64,000 bases of DNA from Candidatus Krumholzibacteriia bacterium (GTDB taxonomy: Bacteria; Krumholzibacteriota; Krumholzibacteriia; JAJRXK01), in assembly GCA_041484665.1 (NCBI GenBank), contig JBGPIA010000002.1, forward strand, positions 352,001 to 416,000, written 5' to 3'. The notes beneath the pieces are model-generated. The model searched no databases. It saw only the letters and a program-made list of their open reading frames with translations, and was not told the DNA's origin. Each line of letters opens with the position of its first letter. The stretch's first letter is position 1. Positions 39,507-49,236 of the stretch are shown one piece after another. The translations under genes and the position numbers were made by a program.

Positions 39507-41171
39507 TCAGGCCGGGGCGGGTGCGGCGGTGAGACGCTTGGGCCCCGCCGCCGCGATTTCCCGCGGGCACCCCACCGCCATCAGCTTGAAGTTGTCGATG
39601 AAACGCGCCGCCAGCGCGTCGTACTTGCGGAAATACTCCTCGCGGCTCCCCCAGGTGTTGGCCGGGTCGAGGATGTCCGCCGGGACGCCCTCGCAGCTCG
39701 CGGGCACATCAAAGCCGAACACCGGGTCCGAACGGTAGCGCACGCTGCGCAGCGCCCCCGAGAGTGCCGCGTTCAGCAGCCGGCGCGTGTGCTGGATGCT
39801 GATGCGCTTGCCGACGCCAAACGATCCACCGGTCCAGCCGGTGTTCACGAGCCAGCACTGCGCTCCGTGCTCGACCAGCTTGCGTTTGAGCAGCTCGGCG
39901 TAGCGGTACGGGTGGTGGACCATGAACGGACCGCCGAAGCAGGCGCTGAAGGTGATCTCCGGCTCGATCCCCAGGCCGATCTCCGTGCCGGCGATCTTGC
40001 TGGTGTACCCCGAGATGAAATGGTAGATGGCCTGCTCGGGGCTCAGGCGCGCGATGGGCGGCATGACGCCCGATGCGTCGCAGGTCAGGAAGATCACGTT
40101 CTGGGGGTGACCGGCCCGCTTGCTGGCAAGCGCGTTGTCGATGTAGTCGAGCGGGTAGGCGCCCCGCGTATTCTCGGTCAGCGACGCGTCGTTGAGGTCC
40201 AGGATGCGCGAGACGGGATCGTACACCACGTTCTCCAGGATGGTGCCGAAGCGGCGCGTACAGGCATGGATCTGGGGCTCGGCGTCGGGCGACAGGCGGA
40301 TGACCTTGGCGTAGCAGCCGTCCTCGAAGTTGAACACGCCGCGGTCGCCCCAGCCGTGCTCATCATCGCCGATCAGGCGGCGCTGCGGGTCGGCGCTGAG
40401 CGTGGTCTTGCCCGTTCCCGACAGGCCGAAGAAGATGGCCACATCGCCCTCCTTGCCCACGTTGGCCGAGCAGTGCATCGAGAGCACGCCCTCCAGGGGC
40501 AGGAGGTAATTGAGGACGGTGAAGATGGTCTTCTTGATCTCTCCGGCGTAGCCGGTGCCTCCGATCAGGGCCAGCTTCTCCCGGAAATTGAGCACGATGA
40601 AGGTCTCGCTGCGGGTCCCGTCCGCCATGGGCGAGGCCTGGAAGCCGGGCGCGCAGATGATGGTGAAGTCCGGTACGTGGCGCCGCTGGGCCTCCAGCGT
40701 CCCGTTCTTGAGGAACATCGTGCGCGCGAACAGGCTGTGCCAGGCCTTCTGGGTGACGACGCGGACCGCCAGCCGGCGCTCCGGGTCGGCGCCCGCCCAG
40801 ACGTCCTGCACGAACACATCGCGGCCCTGTAGGTAGCCCACGAGCCGCGCGTGCAGAGTGCTGAAGCTCTCGGGGTTGAACGGCCGGTTGTACTGCCCCC
40901 ACCAGACGTGCTCCTCCGTCGTCTGCTCGCGCACCACGAACTTGTCGGCGGCAGCGCGGGCGGTGTGCTTGCCGGTGTCCACGACCAGCGGCCCCAGGTG
41001 GCAGATCTGGGCCTCCGAGCGGTGGATCGCCTCTTCGTAGAGGGCGGGAGCGGGCAGATTCCAGTAGATGCGGCGGAGGTTGGACAGGCCGTGGTGCTCC
41101 AGTCCAAAAACGCTTGCGCACGCGCCCGCTTCGCGTACGGCCGGCGACTGGACGTCGATATAGATGTTCAT
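39507..41171 (-). CDS. pckA: phosphoenolpyruvate carboxykinase (ATP)
   Basis: [54 protein letters not shown]. Confidence 0.97.
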   Translation of the reverse strand: MNIYIDVQSPAVREAGACASVFGLEHHGLSNLRRIYWNLPAPALYEEAIHRSEAQICHLGPLVVDTGKHTARAAADKFVVREQTTEEHVWWGQYNRPFNPESFSTLHARLVGYLQGRDVFVQDVWAGADPERRLAVRVVTQKAWHSLFARTMFLKNGTLEAQRRHVPDFTIICAPGFQASPMADGTRSETFIVLNFREKLALIGGTGYAGEIKKTIFTVLNYLLPLEGVLSMHCSANVGKEGDVAIFFGLSGTGKTTLSADPQRRLIGDDEHGWGDRGVFNFEDGCYAKVIRLSPDAEPQIHACTRRFGTILENVVYDPVSRILDLNDASLTENTRGAYPLDYIDNALASKRAGHPQNVIFLTCDASGVMPPIARLSPEQAIYHFISGYTSKIAGTEIGLGIEPEITFSACFGGPFMVHHPYRYAELLKRKLVEHGAQCWLVNTGWTGGSFGVGKRISIQHTRRLLNAALSGALRSVRYRSDPVFGFDVPASCEGVPADILDPANTWGSREEYFRKYDALAARFIDNFKLMAVGCPREIAAAGPKRLTAAPAPA

Positions 41172-42385
41172 GCCCAGTCCCTCACCAGCTTGCGGTCGCC
41201 CAGGAACAGCTCGTTGGGAGCCTCCGGATCCAGCGCCCACTTGATGCGCTCGATCCCGTCCATGATCTCCTTGATGGTCCCGCAGTAGCTCAGGCGCAGG
41301 TGGCCCTCCATGCCGAACTCCTTGCCTGGCACGGTCACGACGCGCACGCGTGCCAGCAGCAGCTCGGCCAGCTTCTGGCTGTCCTTCATATAGGCACTGA
41401 AGTCCGGGAAGCAGTAGAACGTCCCGTCGGGCCGCGTCACCTTGACCCCCGGCAAGGTCCTCAGTCGCTCCAGCATGACATTGCGGTTGTTCTCCAGCGT
41501 GAGCCGCAGCGTCTCAATGCCGGTCTGGAACCCCGACAATGCTCCCACCGCCGCCCACTGCGACGGCGTGGCCGGGCCCGAGGTCTGGTGGGACTGGATG
41601 TTGGCCATGGCCGCGCCGACCTCGCGGTTGACGATGGCCCAGCCGATCCGGAAGCCCGTCATCGCGTACATCTTCGATACACCCTGGATCACCACCAGCT
41701 TACTGCTCTCGAGGGGGTCCTTGGCGTAGGCATAGGGATTCGGGGCGGTCTGGCCGTCGAAGACCAGGCGGTTGTACAGGTCATCCATGATCAGGTAGAG
41801 GCCCTTCTTCTCGCAGAAGGCCACCATCTCCGCCAGGAAGTCGCGCGCGTACATCAGACCGCTGGGGTTGTTGGGGCTGTTGAGCACGATCGCCTTGGTG
41901 TACGAGCCGACCCGCTCGGCGATGTCCTTCACCGTCGGCTGGAACGTGCCGTCCTCGGGCGTCACCGCCACCGGGACGCCGCCCGCGAGCTTGACCATCT
42001 CCGGGTAACTCACCCAGTACGGCGCGGGGAATACCACCTCGTCCTTGGGCTCCAGGATCGTGTGGAGCAGGACCATGATGGCCTGCTTGGCGCCGCTGCT
42101 GACGATCACGTTTTCGGCGGCCACCTGCTTGTCGTAGTTCTCCTCGGTGTAGCGGATGACGGCCTTCTTGAGGGCGGGCAGACCATCGGCGGGCGCGTAA
42201 CGGACCTCGCCGGAGTTGAGCTGGCTGGCGCAGTTCACGATGGCGTCGAATGGCGCCTTGCTCTTGGGCTCCCCGGCGCCCAGGTGGATGACCGCCTCTC
42301 CCTTCTCGCGCAGGCGGGCCGCGATCTCGTTGAGCTTGAGGGTGGGCGATTCCTTGATGGACTTGGCGAGCTGACTGACGCTCAT
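41168..42385 (-). CDS. PLP-dependent class I/II aminotransferase (aspartate aminotransferase-like)
   Basis: GAKQA, PYWVSY, NSPNNPSG, DDLY, SKMYAMTGFRIG. Confidence 0.92.
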   Translation of the reverse strand: MSVSQLAKSIKESPTLKLNEIAARLREKGEAVIHLGAGEPKSKAPFDAIVNCASQLNSGEVRYAPADGLPALKKAVIRYTEENYDKQVAAENVIVSSGAKQAIMVLLHTILEPKDEVVFPAPYWVSYPEMVKLAGGVPVAVTPEDGTFQPTVKDIAERVGSYTKAIVLNSPNNPSGLMYARDFLAEMVAFCEKKGLYLIMDDLYNRLVFDGQTAPNPYAYAKDPLESSKLVVIQGVSKMYAMTGFRIGWAIVNREVGAAMANIQSHQTSGPATPSQWAAVGALSGFQTGIETLRLTLENNRNVMLERLRTLPGVKVTRPDGTFYCFPDFSAYMKDSQKLAELLLARVRVVTVPGKEFGMEGHLRLSYCGTIKEIMDGIERIKWALDPEAPNELFLGDRKLVRDWA

Positions 42386-42452
42386 GGCAGGCTCCTCACC
42401 CCGGGGACGAAGGGCGACACGGCGCGCCGCAGCAAGGCCGCGCGGCCGGGAC

Positions 42453-42482
42453 AAAGTAAGGGCCACCCGGAACGGGGGTCAA
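42453..42482 (-). promoter_or_regulatory. sigma-70-type promoter for the aminotransferase-pckA unit
   Basis: Minus strand TTGACC-N18-TACTTT. Confidence 0.5.
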
Positions 42483-42509
42483 CGCTCCCGTCCGCCCGTC
42501 CGGGGGCGG

Positions 42510-43559
42510 TCACGCGCGGCCGCTCTCCTCGCCGGCGCGGCAGAAGAGCGCGGCGATCGCCGCGGTGTTGACGATGTCGGCCGCTTTGCAGCCGCGGCTG
42601 AGGTCGAACACCGGGCGGGCCAGCCCCTGGAGGATGGGCCCCAGGGCTGCGAACCCGCCCAACCGCTGGGCCAGCTTGTATCCAATATTGGCGGCGCCCA
42701 GGTCGGGGAAAAGGAGAACCTCCGCGAATCCTCCCACCGGGCTGTCGGGGCACTTTCCGGCGGCCACGGAGGGCACCAGCGCGGCATCCAGCTGCAGCTC
42801 GCCATCGGCCACGAGCCCCCGCGCCCGCAGACGGCGCGCCACCTCGGCCATGCGGCGGGCGGCAGGATGATCGGCACTGCCCTTGGTCGAGAACGAGAGG
42901 CAGGCGATCCTCGGTTGCCGACCGACCACGGCCCGGTAGGTCGCGGCCGACGCCACCCCGATCGAGACCAGCTGGTCGTCGTCGGGCTGCGGAACGACCG
43001 CTGAGTCGGCGAACAAGAGCGGCCGCTCGATGCCATGCCCCGGCGGGGGCACCATGAGGAAGGAGCCGCTGACCACGGTGACCCCCGGCGCCAGTCCGAC
43101 GTGGAACAGCGCGGCGCGCAGCACGTCGGCGGTGGGATGGGCCGCACCGCCCACCATTGCGTCGGCCTCCCCCGCGGCCACCAGCCCCGCCCCCAGCTGC
43201 AACGGCTCGCGCGCCAACACCTTGGCCTCGCCTTGGGTCAGACCCTTGGCGCGGCGGCGCTCGAACAGGCGCGCGGCGACGGCGTCGGCGCGCGGATCCT
43301 GCGCGGCATCGATGAGGGTGAAGGCTTCCGGGTCGGCCCCCTGCTCGGCCAGCCGCCGGCGCAGGCGCGCCGGGGCGCCCATCAACAGCACCGGACGGGC
43401 CATCCCGAGCGCATGCAAGGCCACGGCAGCGTCCAGCACGCGCGGGTCCTCACCCTCAGGGAGCACCAGGCGCATCGGATCCTGCGCCGCGCGCTGGCGC
43501 AGCTGCGCGGTGAAGCCGCTCTCCTCCCGCAGCATTTCCAGGAGCTCTGGGCCGGTCAA
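42510..43559 (-). CDS. pta: phosphate acetyltransferase (short form)
   Basis: LPEGEDPR, FADSAV, LSFSTKGS, DGELQLDAA, FPDLGAANIGYK, GPILQG, DLSRG. Confidence 0.92.
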   Translation of the reverse strand: MTGPELLEMLREESGFTAQLRQRAAQDPMRLVLPEGEDPRVLDAAVALHALGMARPVLLMGAPARLRRRLAEQGADPEAFTLIDAAQDPRADAVAARLFERRRAKGLTQGEAKVLAREPLQLGAGLVAAGEADAMVGGAAHPTADVLRAALFHVGLAPGVTVVSGSFLMVPPPGHGIERPLLFADSAVVPQPDDDQLVSIGVASAATYRAVVGRQPRIACLSFSTKGSADHPAARRMAEVARRLRARGLVADGELQLDAALVPSVAAGKCPDSPVGGFAEVLLFPDLGAANIGYKLAQRLGGFAALGPILQGLARPVFDLSRGCKAADIVNTAAIAALFCRAGEESGRA

Positions 43560-43596
43560 TGCGTGCGGTCCTTCCCGTCCAGCAGCCCTGGGCCGG

Positions 43597-44088
43597 TCAC
43601 CGCGAGCCGTCTGTGCCCCGCAGGCGTGAAAGACGGCGCTCGACCCCGGGCGGCACCAGGTCCGCCACGTCGCCGCCGTGGTGGTGGATGTCCTTGATGA
43701 GCGTACTGCTGACGCTGAGGTACTCCGCGCTGGGCATGAGGAAGATCACGTCGAAGCGCTCGCTCAGACGGCGATTCATCAACGCCATCATGTACTCGAA
43801 CTCGAAATCCTGGAACAGCCGGACCCCGCGCACCACCACGTCCACGCCCAAGCGCTCGAACTCGTGGGCCAAGAGGCCGGCGAACGAGACCACCTCCACC
43901 GCCGGGCGGCTGGCGATCACCTCGCGGATCATCTCCAGGCGCTCCTGCACGGAAAACAGCGTGCCCTTGGCCGCGCTGTCGGCGACGCCGACGATCACGC
44001 GGTCGAACAGGCGCGCCGCGCGGTCGATGACGTCGACGTGCCCGTTGGTGAGGGGATCGAAGGTGCCGGGGTAGAGGGCGGTCTTCAT
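43597..44088 (-). CDS. coaD: phosphopantetheine adenylyltransferase
   Basis: YPGTFDPLTNGH, DFEFE, SSTLIK. Confidence 0.96.
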   Translation of the reverse strand: MKTALYPGTFDPLTNGHVDVIDRAARLFDRVIVGVADSAAKGTLFSVQERLEMIREVIASRPAVEVVSFAGLLAHEFERLGVDVVVRGVRLFQDFEFEYMMALMNRRLSERFDVIFLMPSAEYLSVSSTLIKDIHHHGGDVADLVPPGVERRLSRLRGTDGSR

Positions 44089-44152
44089 GGGCTCTCGCAG
44101 ACGGTGACGGAGCGGGTGGCGCTGGGGAGAACGGTGATGGAACTGACCGCGA

Positions 44153-44731
44153 TCACGGGGAGCCCCTCGCCAGCAGGGTGAACGCGCCCAGCCCGTGGCG
44201 GCGCGTCGTGAGCTGGACTGCCGGGCCGGCGATCCAGGCGGGCACGGCCGCCCGCGCGGAGTGCTCGAGGGCGCAGGCTGCGACGGCGCCCGATTCTACC
44301 AGCGCCGCGAGGATCGGCAACAGCCGACCCAGCTCCGCGTCGTCGTAGGGCGGATCCAGCAGCACCAGGTCGGGACGCTCGGTCTCGTCCAGCACACCGT
44401 CCTGCAGCTTGCGCAGCCAGCGGCGGGCGTCGCCCCGGCGGATGGTGGCGGCCGCGGGCGGTATCCCCAGCGCTCGCAAGTTCTCCCGGATTGCTCCGAC
44501 GCAGCGCGCGTCGAGCTCCACAAAGGTGCACCGGTGCGCTCCGCGGCTGAGCGCCTCGATGCCCAGCGCGCCGCAGCCCGCGAACAGGTCGGCCACCGCC
44601 GCTCCGGGCACCAGCTCGCCCAACGCAGAGAACAGGGCCTCCTTCAGCTTGCCGCTGCTGGGTCGGGTGCGGGTCTGGGGCGGCAGGCGCAGCGGGCGGC
44701 CGCGCAGCACTCCCCCGGTCACGCGCATCAC
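44153..44731 (-). CDS. rsmD: 16S rRNA (guanine966-N2)-methyltransferase
   Basis: MRVTGG, TRP, DLFAGCGALGIEALSRGA, LDPPY; adjacent to coaD. Confidence 0.92.
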   Translation of the reverse strand: MMRVTGGVLRGRPLRLPPQTRTRPSSGKLKEALFSALGELVPGAAVADLFAGCGALGIEALSRGAHRCTFVELDARCVGAIRENLRALGIPPAAATIRRGDARRWLRKLQDGVLDETERPDLVLLDPPYDDAELGRLLPILAALVESGAVAACALEHSARAAVPAWIAGPAVQLTTRRHGLGAFTLLARGSP

Positions 44732-45264
44732 GGCGCGTCCTCACGCACCATCGCGCGCAGCGTCGACTGGATCGACCTTGCCAGCTGCGCGGGCGGGTGC
44801 TGATCGGCGTGCAGGTGGAGGTGTGCCGCCGCCGCGTAGTCCTGCCGCCGGACGCGGTGCAGCTGCGCGAGCCGTGCCCAGCCGAGGTGCTCCACCAACG
44901 GACGGCGCCGCGCCCCCTGCTCCTGCAGGCGCTCGCGGGCGATCTCGAAGCGCACGTCCAGCCAGACCACCGTGGACGCCCGTCGCATGGCCGCGCGGTT
45001 GTCCGGGTCCGCCACCGCGCCGCCGCCGGTGGCCAGCACCGCGAGAGGCTCCCCCAGCGCGCGCAGCAGCACGGTGCGCTCCAGCGCGCGGAAGGTAGCT
45101 TCCCCCTGCTGTGCGAACAGTGTGGGAATGTCGCGGCCGGCCTCCGCCTCCACCCGATCGTCCAGATCGACGAAGGGCAAGGCGAGCCGGCGCGCCAGCT
45201 CCCGCCCCACCGTGCTCTTGCCCGCCCCCATGAACCCCACCAGCGTGACGCGCAGCACGCTCAA
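44728..45264 (-). CDS. aroK: shikimate kinase
   Basis: GFMGAGKSTVG, GEATFRALE, ATGGG, RRPL; TTG overlaps the aroC stop. Confidence 0.94.
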   Translation of the reverse strand: MSVLRVTLVGFMGAGKSTVGRELARRLALPFVDLDDRVEAEAGRDIPTLFAQQGEATFRALERTVLLRALGEPLAVLATGGGAVADPDNRAAMRRASTVVWLDVRFEIARERLQEQGARRRPLVEHLGWARLAQLHRVRRQDYAAAAHLHLHADQHPPAQLARSIQSTLRAMVREDAP

Positions 45265-46436
45265 GGGGAGGCCCTGCGCATGCGCTCCCGCAGCGCGGCA
45301 CGGTAGCCGTCCAGCGCGGCGCGCACGCGCGCCAGCGTGTCGCCGCCGAACATCTCCAGCACGGCGTCGGCCAAGACCAGCATGACCGCCGCTTCCCCTG
45401 CCACCCCGGCCGCCGGCACCGCGCACACGTCGCTGCGCTCGAAGGCGGCCTTCTCCGGCAGGCCGGTCGCCATGTCCACCGAGGCCAGCGGTTTGCGCAG
45501 GGTCGAGATCGGCTTCATTGCGCCGCGGCACACCAGCGGCTCGCCGGTGGTCATCCCGCCCTCCAGGCCGCCGGCCCGGTTGCTGGCCCGGCGCGGCACG
45601 TCGTCGAGCTGCGGCACGATCTCATCGTGCACCGCGCTGCCCGTGCGCCGGGCATTGTCGAACGCGGGACCCAGCTCACAACCCTTCACCGCGGGGATGG
45701 AGACCAGGGCCTGCGCCAATCGCCCGTCCAGCTTGCGGTCGGGCGCCATGCAGCTGCCCAGGCCCGGCGGCAGGCCGGTCGCCACCACCTCGAACACGCC
45801 GCCCACCGTGTCACCCTCCTGGGCGGCCTGCTCGACCACCGCGCGCATGCGCTCGTAGCCGGCGGCGCACCGCAGGTCGTTGGCCTCGGCGTGCGCGCGG
45901 ATCTCCTCCAGGGAGAGGCCGTCCAGATCCGCCTCGGCCGGGCCGATGGAGCGCACGTGGCTGAAGCAGCCGATCCCCAGCGCGTCGAGGAAGGCGCGCA
46001 CGACCTCGCCGGCGGCCACCCGCGCGGCGGTCTCGCGGGCGCTTGCGCGCTCCAGCACGTCGCGGGCGTCGGCGCGATCGTACTTGAGCATCCCCACCAG
46101 GTCGGCGTGGCCTGGGCGCGGACGCGTGATGCGGCGCGCGCGGTCCTGCGCCGGTGGCCCGAAGGGCGCGAGCGTCTCCGCCCAGTGCACGTGGTCCTTG
46201 TTCTCGAGCACCAGCGTGATGGGGCTGCCCAAGGTCTCGCCGAAGCGCACGCCGGAGAGGAAACGAGCGGCGTCGCGCTCGATCTGCATGCGCGCGCCGC
46301 GGCCGAACCCCACCTGGCGGCGGGCGAGCCCGCGCGCCACCGCCTCGGGGTCGATGGGCACACCGGCCGGCAACCCGTCCAGAATGGCGGTGAGCTGGGG
46401 TCCGTGGGACTCGCCGGCGGTGAGCAGGCGCAGCAC
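45261..46436 (-). CDS. aroC: chorismate synthase
   Basis: TAGESHG, RPGHAD, ERASARETA, NRAGGLEGGMT, KPIST, ERSDVC. Confidence 0.97.
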   Translation of the reverse strand: MLRLLTAGESHGPQLTAILDGLPAGVPIDPEAVARGLARRQVGFGRGARMQIERDAARFLSGVRFGETLGSPITLVLENKDHVHWAETLAPFGPPAQDRARRITRPRPGHADLVGMLKYDRADARDVLERASARETAARVAAGEVVRAFLDALGIGCFSHVRSIGPAEADLDGLSLEEIRAHAEANDLRCAAGYERMRAVVEQAAQEGDTVGGVFEVVATGLPPGLGSCMAPDRKLDGRLAQALVSIPAVKGCELGPAFDNARRTGSAVHDEIVPQLDDVPRRASNRAGGLEGGMTTGEPLVCRGAMKPISTLRKPLASVDMATGLPEKAAFERSDVCAVPAAGVAGEAAVMLVLADAVLEMFGGDTLARVRAALDGYRAALRERMRRASP

Positions 46437-46634
46437 ATGACCTCCTGGAGCCGGACAGCGGCGGGAGCGCGAAAGCCGTGCGGCTAGGCTACCCGAAGGC
46501 GAGCCGGCCGGCCAGCGCGGCGCCGCTGGCCGTGGTTTCCCGCGCAGCCGGGCGCAACGAGAACGCCGGGACGTTGTACCGCCCCGGCGCTCTCCCCCTG
46601 CCACCCACTCGAGGCAGGCGTCGATCCGATGCTG

Positions 46635-48107
46635 CTACTTGCCCGTCGAGCCCAGCGACTGATGCGGCACCGCGTCGAGCTTCTTCTTCAGCTCAAGCTC
46701 GCGCGTCGTCATGATCTTGGTGTTGGCGTCCACGATCGTCGGCGTCAAGAACACGATTAGCTCGCGCTGCTCGTCGTTCTTGCTCACGCCGCGGAACAGC
46801 GCCCCCAGCAGCGGCAGATCCTTCAGCACCGGGACGCCCGTGGTCAGCGTGCTGGTGACGCCGCGGATCAGCCCGCCGATCACCGCCGTCTCGTTGTTGT
46901 TCACCAGCACCCGCGTGTCGGCCTCGCTGGTGTTGATGATCACGCCGCCTTGGACCGTCGCCTGGCTGCTGAGATCGCTCACTTCGGGATGGATATCCAG
47001 GGTGATCTGGCGATCGCTGTTGATGTGCGGCGTCACGGTCAGCCGGATCCCGATGGTGGTGAGCTTGACGATGGCATTCCCGGCCACGTCCTGCTGGATC
47101 AGGGGGATCTTCTGACCGACGAGGATGCTGGCCTCGCGGTTGTCGGTGGTCGTGATGCGCGGGTTGCTGATGATGTCGGCTTTGTTGTCCTTGGCCATCG
47201 CCTGCAAGATGGCCCGGATCTCGCCGATGTTTTGCACGGTGCCCGCCCGCACCTGGCCCACTGCGTCGGAGATGGGCGCGGTGACCGAGGCGTCGCCGGC
47301 CACGTTCAGGCCCGCCGGCTTGGCGTTGAAGATACCCCACTGCACGCCCAGCTCGGAGCTCTTGCGCGCGTCGATGTCCACCAGCAACGCGTTGATGTGC
47401 ACCTGCGGCGTCTGGGAGTCGAGGCTGCGGGCCAGCGTGGTCAGCGTCTCGACCTTGGCCGGGATGTCGGTGACGATCAGGCTGTTGGTGCGTTTGTCGA
47501 TCTCGACCGAGCCGCGCGTGGTGAGCATGCTCTTGACCGCGCCCCTGACCTCCTCGGCATTGGCGAAGTCGATGCGCACGACGCGGGTCTCGAGGGCCTC
47601 CAGCTGGTCGGTCTTGGCCATGGCCGCCTTGGCCTCGAGCTGCTCGTTGCGCAGGTCGGCGATGGTGTCGACGCGGATGACGCCGTACTCCTCGACGTAG
47701 TCGAAGCCTTGGGCCTTGAGAATCACCGAGAGCGCTTCGCGCCAGGGCACGTCCTTGATGGCCACCGTGACCTGCCCCTGGACGCGGGGCGACGTGATGA
47801 TGTTGCGGCCGGAGAAGTCGGCGATGCTGCGCAGCACCGTGCGGAGGTCCGAGTTCTGCACGTTCATGCTGATCGTGCGCGCCAGGCTGGCCTCGTCCTG
47901 TTGGCCCACCGGCTGCGCGACTCGCGCCTGCCCCGCGGCGTCCTGCCAGTGGTCCGCGCCGGCGGCGGAGCCGTCGCCCACCGGCGTGTAGATCACCTGG
48001 TCCTCCGGGACCGCGGGATCTCCCGCCGTGGCGACGGCCGCGCTGGCGGCCAGCAGCAGCACGAGAGCGACGCCCGACAGACCGACCTTGTAGGTGAACG
48101 CCTTCAT
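46635..48107 (-). CDS. pilQ: type IV pilus secretin PilQ (no AMIN domains)
   Basis: Signal peptide, N0 (ISMNVQNSDLRTVL...VPWREAL), Secretin_N, secretin core (GIRLTVTPHI, GVPVLKDLPLLGALF, ELIVFLTP). Confidence 0.93.
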   Translation of the reverse strand: MKAFTYKVGLSGVALVLLLAASAAVATAGDPAVPEDQVIYTPVGDGSAAGADHWQDAAGQARVAQPVGQQDEASLARTISMNVQNSDLRTVLRSIADFSGRNIITSPRVQGQVTVAIKDVPWREALSVILKAQGFDYVEEYGVIRVDTIADLRNEQLEAKAAMAKTDQLEALETRVVRIDFANAEEVRGAVKSMLTTRGSVEIDKRTNSLIVTDIPAKVETLTTLARSLDSQTPQVHINALLVDIDARKSSELGVQWGIFNAKPAGLNVAGDASVTAPISDAVGQVRAGTVQNIGEIRAILQAMAKDNKADIISNPRITTTDNREASILVGQKIPLIQQDVAGNAIVKLTTIGIRLTVTPHINSDRQITLDIHPEVSDLSSQATVQGGVIINTSEADTRVLVNNNETAVIGGLIRGVTSTLTTGVPVLKDLPLLGALFRGVSKNDEQRELIVFLTPTIVDANTKIMTTRELELKKKLDAVPHQSLGSTGK

Positions 48108-48113
48108 CGCTTG

Positions 48114-49235
48114 CTACCCTCTCGGCTTCTTGTTGGGCTCCCGCACCTCAAGCTTGAGGATGACGCGGGAAGTGATGCCGTAGAGCGTGACGGAGGCCAC
48201 CACGCTCTTCTCGTTGATCGCCTCGATCCGGCCGTTCCGTACCCGATCGCCCACGCGCAGGATGAACCCGTTGCCGAAGCCATCCTCGATCAGGGCGAAC
48301 CGCTCGTTGGAGCCCCACATGATCCCCACCAGCTTGGCGGCGCCGACGTCCACGATGTCGGGATTGCCGGCGGGCTCGTACTCGCCCGTCACCAGCGCCC
48401 GGCAAAGGTCGGGACGACCGTAGGACTGATAGAAGTACTCGTTGGTGCGGATCCCGCGGATACGGGTCTGCGCCTCGTCGCTGGGGGTCTGCACCTGCGG
48501 TTGGATGCTCGTTCCCGGATCCGCGTCCTCGTCCGCCACGGCGGGCGCGGCGTCGGCGCCGGTGGCCAGCGGCTCGACAGCCGTTGCCGCGGCCGCGCGA
48601 GTCGGCGCGTGCTCCGCGTCAGCGGCGGGGGCGTGGATCTTCGCGTGGGCCGCCACCCCGGCAGACTCGGCCGGCTGCTCGTTCGCGGCTTCGGCCGGCG
48701 CTCCATTCGTCGCCGGGGGCGACGTTTCGACTTCAGCCTGGGCGGCCGTCTCGTTGACAGCCTGGGCGGGGGCCTCGCCGGCGACCGCGGCCGGCGTCTC
48801 GTTGACGGCCTGGGCGGCCGTCTCGTCCCCAGCCTGGGCAGTCGACTCATCCGCTGCCGGCGTCGCCGTCTCGCCGGCCGTCTGCGCCGAATCCAGGGCG
48901 GCCGCGTCATTGCTGACAACGGAAGCCGAGTCCGAAGTCGCCGCGTCCTCGCGGGCGACAGCAGCAGGTTCCTGAGCAGGTGTGTCGTCGCTGGCGACCG
49001 GAGCCGATTCCTGCGCCGCTTCCGGCGCGGCCGCTTGTGCCGCCGCGTCTGCGGCGGCGGCCTGCTCGCTCGAAGTTGCCGCGGCAGCCTCCGCCGCCTT
49101 CAGCGGCGAGATGGCCGCGCTGTCCGGAGCAGTGCTCTGCTCCGGCTGGGGCTGCGCCGCGTCATCGGCGGCGCCCGCCGCGCCGGCCACAGCTGCGAAC
49201 AACAGCAGGCCGGCCAGCATCGTCCTCCACGCCAT
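48114..49235 (-). CDS. PilP-like protein with long low-complexity N-terminal extension
   Basis: Lies between pilO and pilQ; C-terminal KLVGIMWG...ALIEDGFGNGFILRVGDRVRNGRIEAI is PilP-like. Confidence 0.7.
   Translation of the reverse strand: MAWRTMLAGLLLFAAVAGAAGAADDAAQPQPEQSTAPDSAAISPLKAAEAAAATSSEQAAAADAAAQAAAPEAAQESAPVASDDTPAQEPAAVAREDAATSDSASVVSNDAAALDSAQTAGETATPAADESTAQAGDETAAQAVNETPAAVAGEAPAQAVNETAAQAEVETSPPATNGAPAEAANEQPAESAGVAAHAKIHAPAADAEHAPTRAAAATAVEPLATGADAAPAVADEDADPGTSIQPQVQTPSDEAQTRIRGIRTNEYFYQSYGRPDLCRALVTGEYEPAGNPDIVDVGAAKLVGIMWGSNERFALIEDGFGNGFILRVGDRVRNGRIEAINEKSVVASVTLYGITSRVILKLEVREPNKKPRG
48720..48887 (-). repeat. seven degenerate 24-bp (8-aa) coding tandem repeats
   Basis: AQTAGETA/TPAADEST/AQAGDETA/AQAVNETP/AAVAGEAP/AQAVNETA/AQAEVETS; recurring DNA gcctgggcggccgtctcgt. 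Confidence 0.8.
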
Positions 49236-49236
49236 C

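Noticed and set aside
48720..48887. Repeated ~24-bp units as a possible CRISPR array
   Set aside because: Degenerate, in-frame coding repeats without unique spacers; no cas genes in the window
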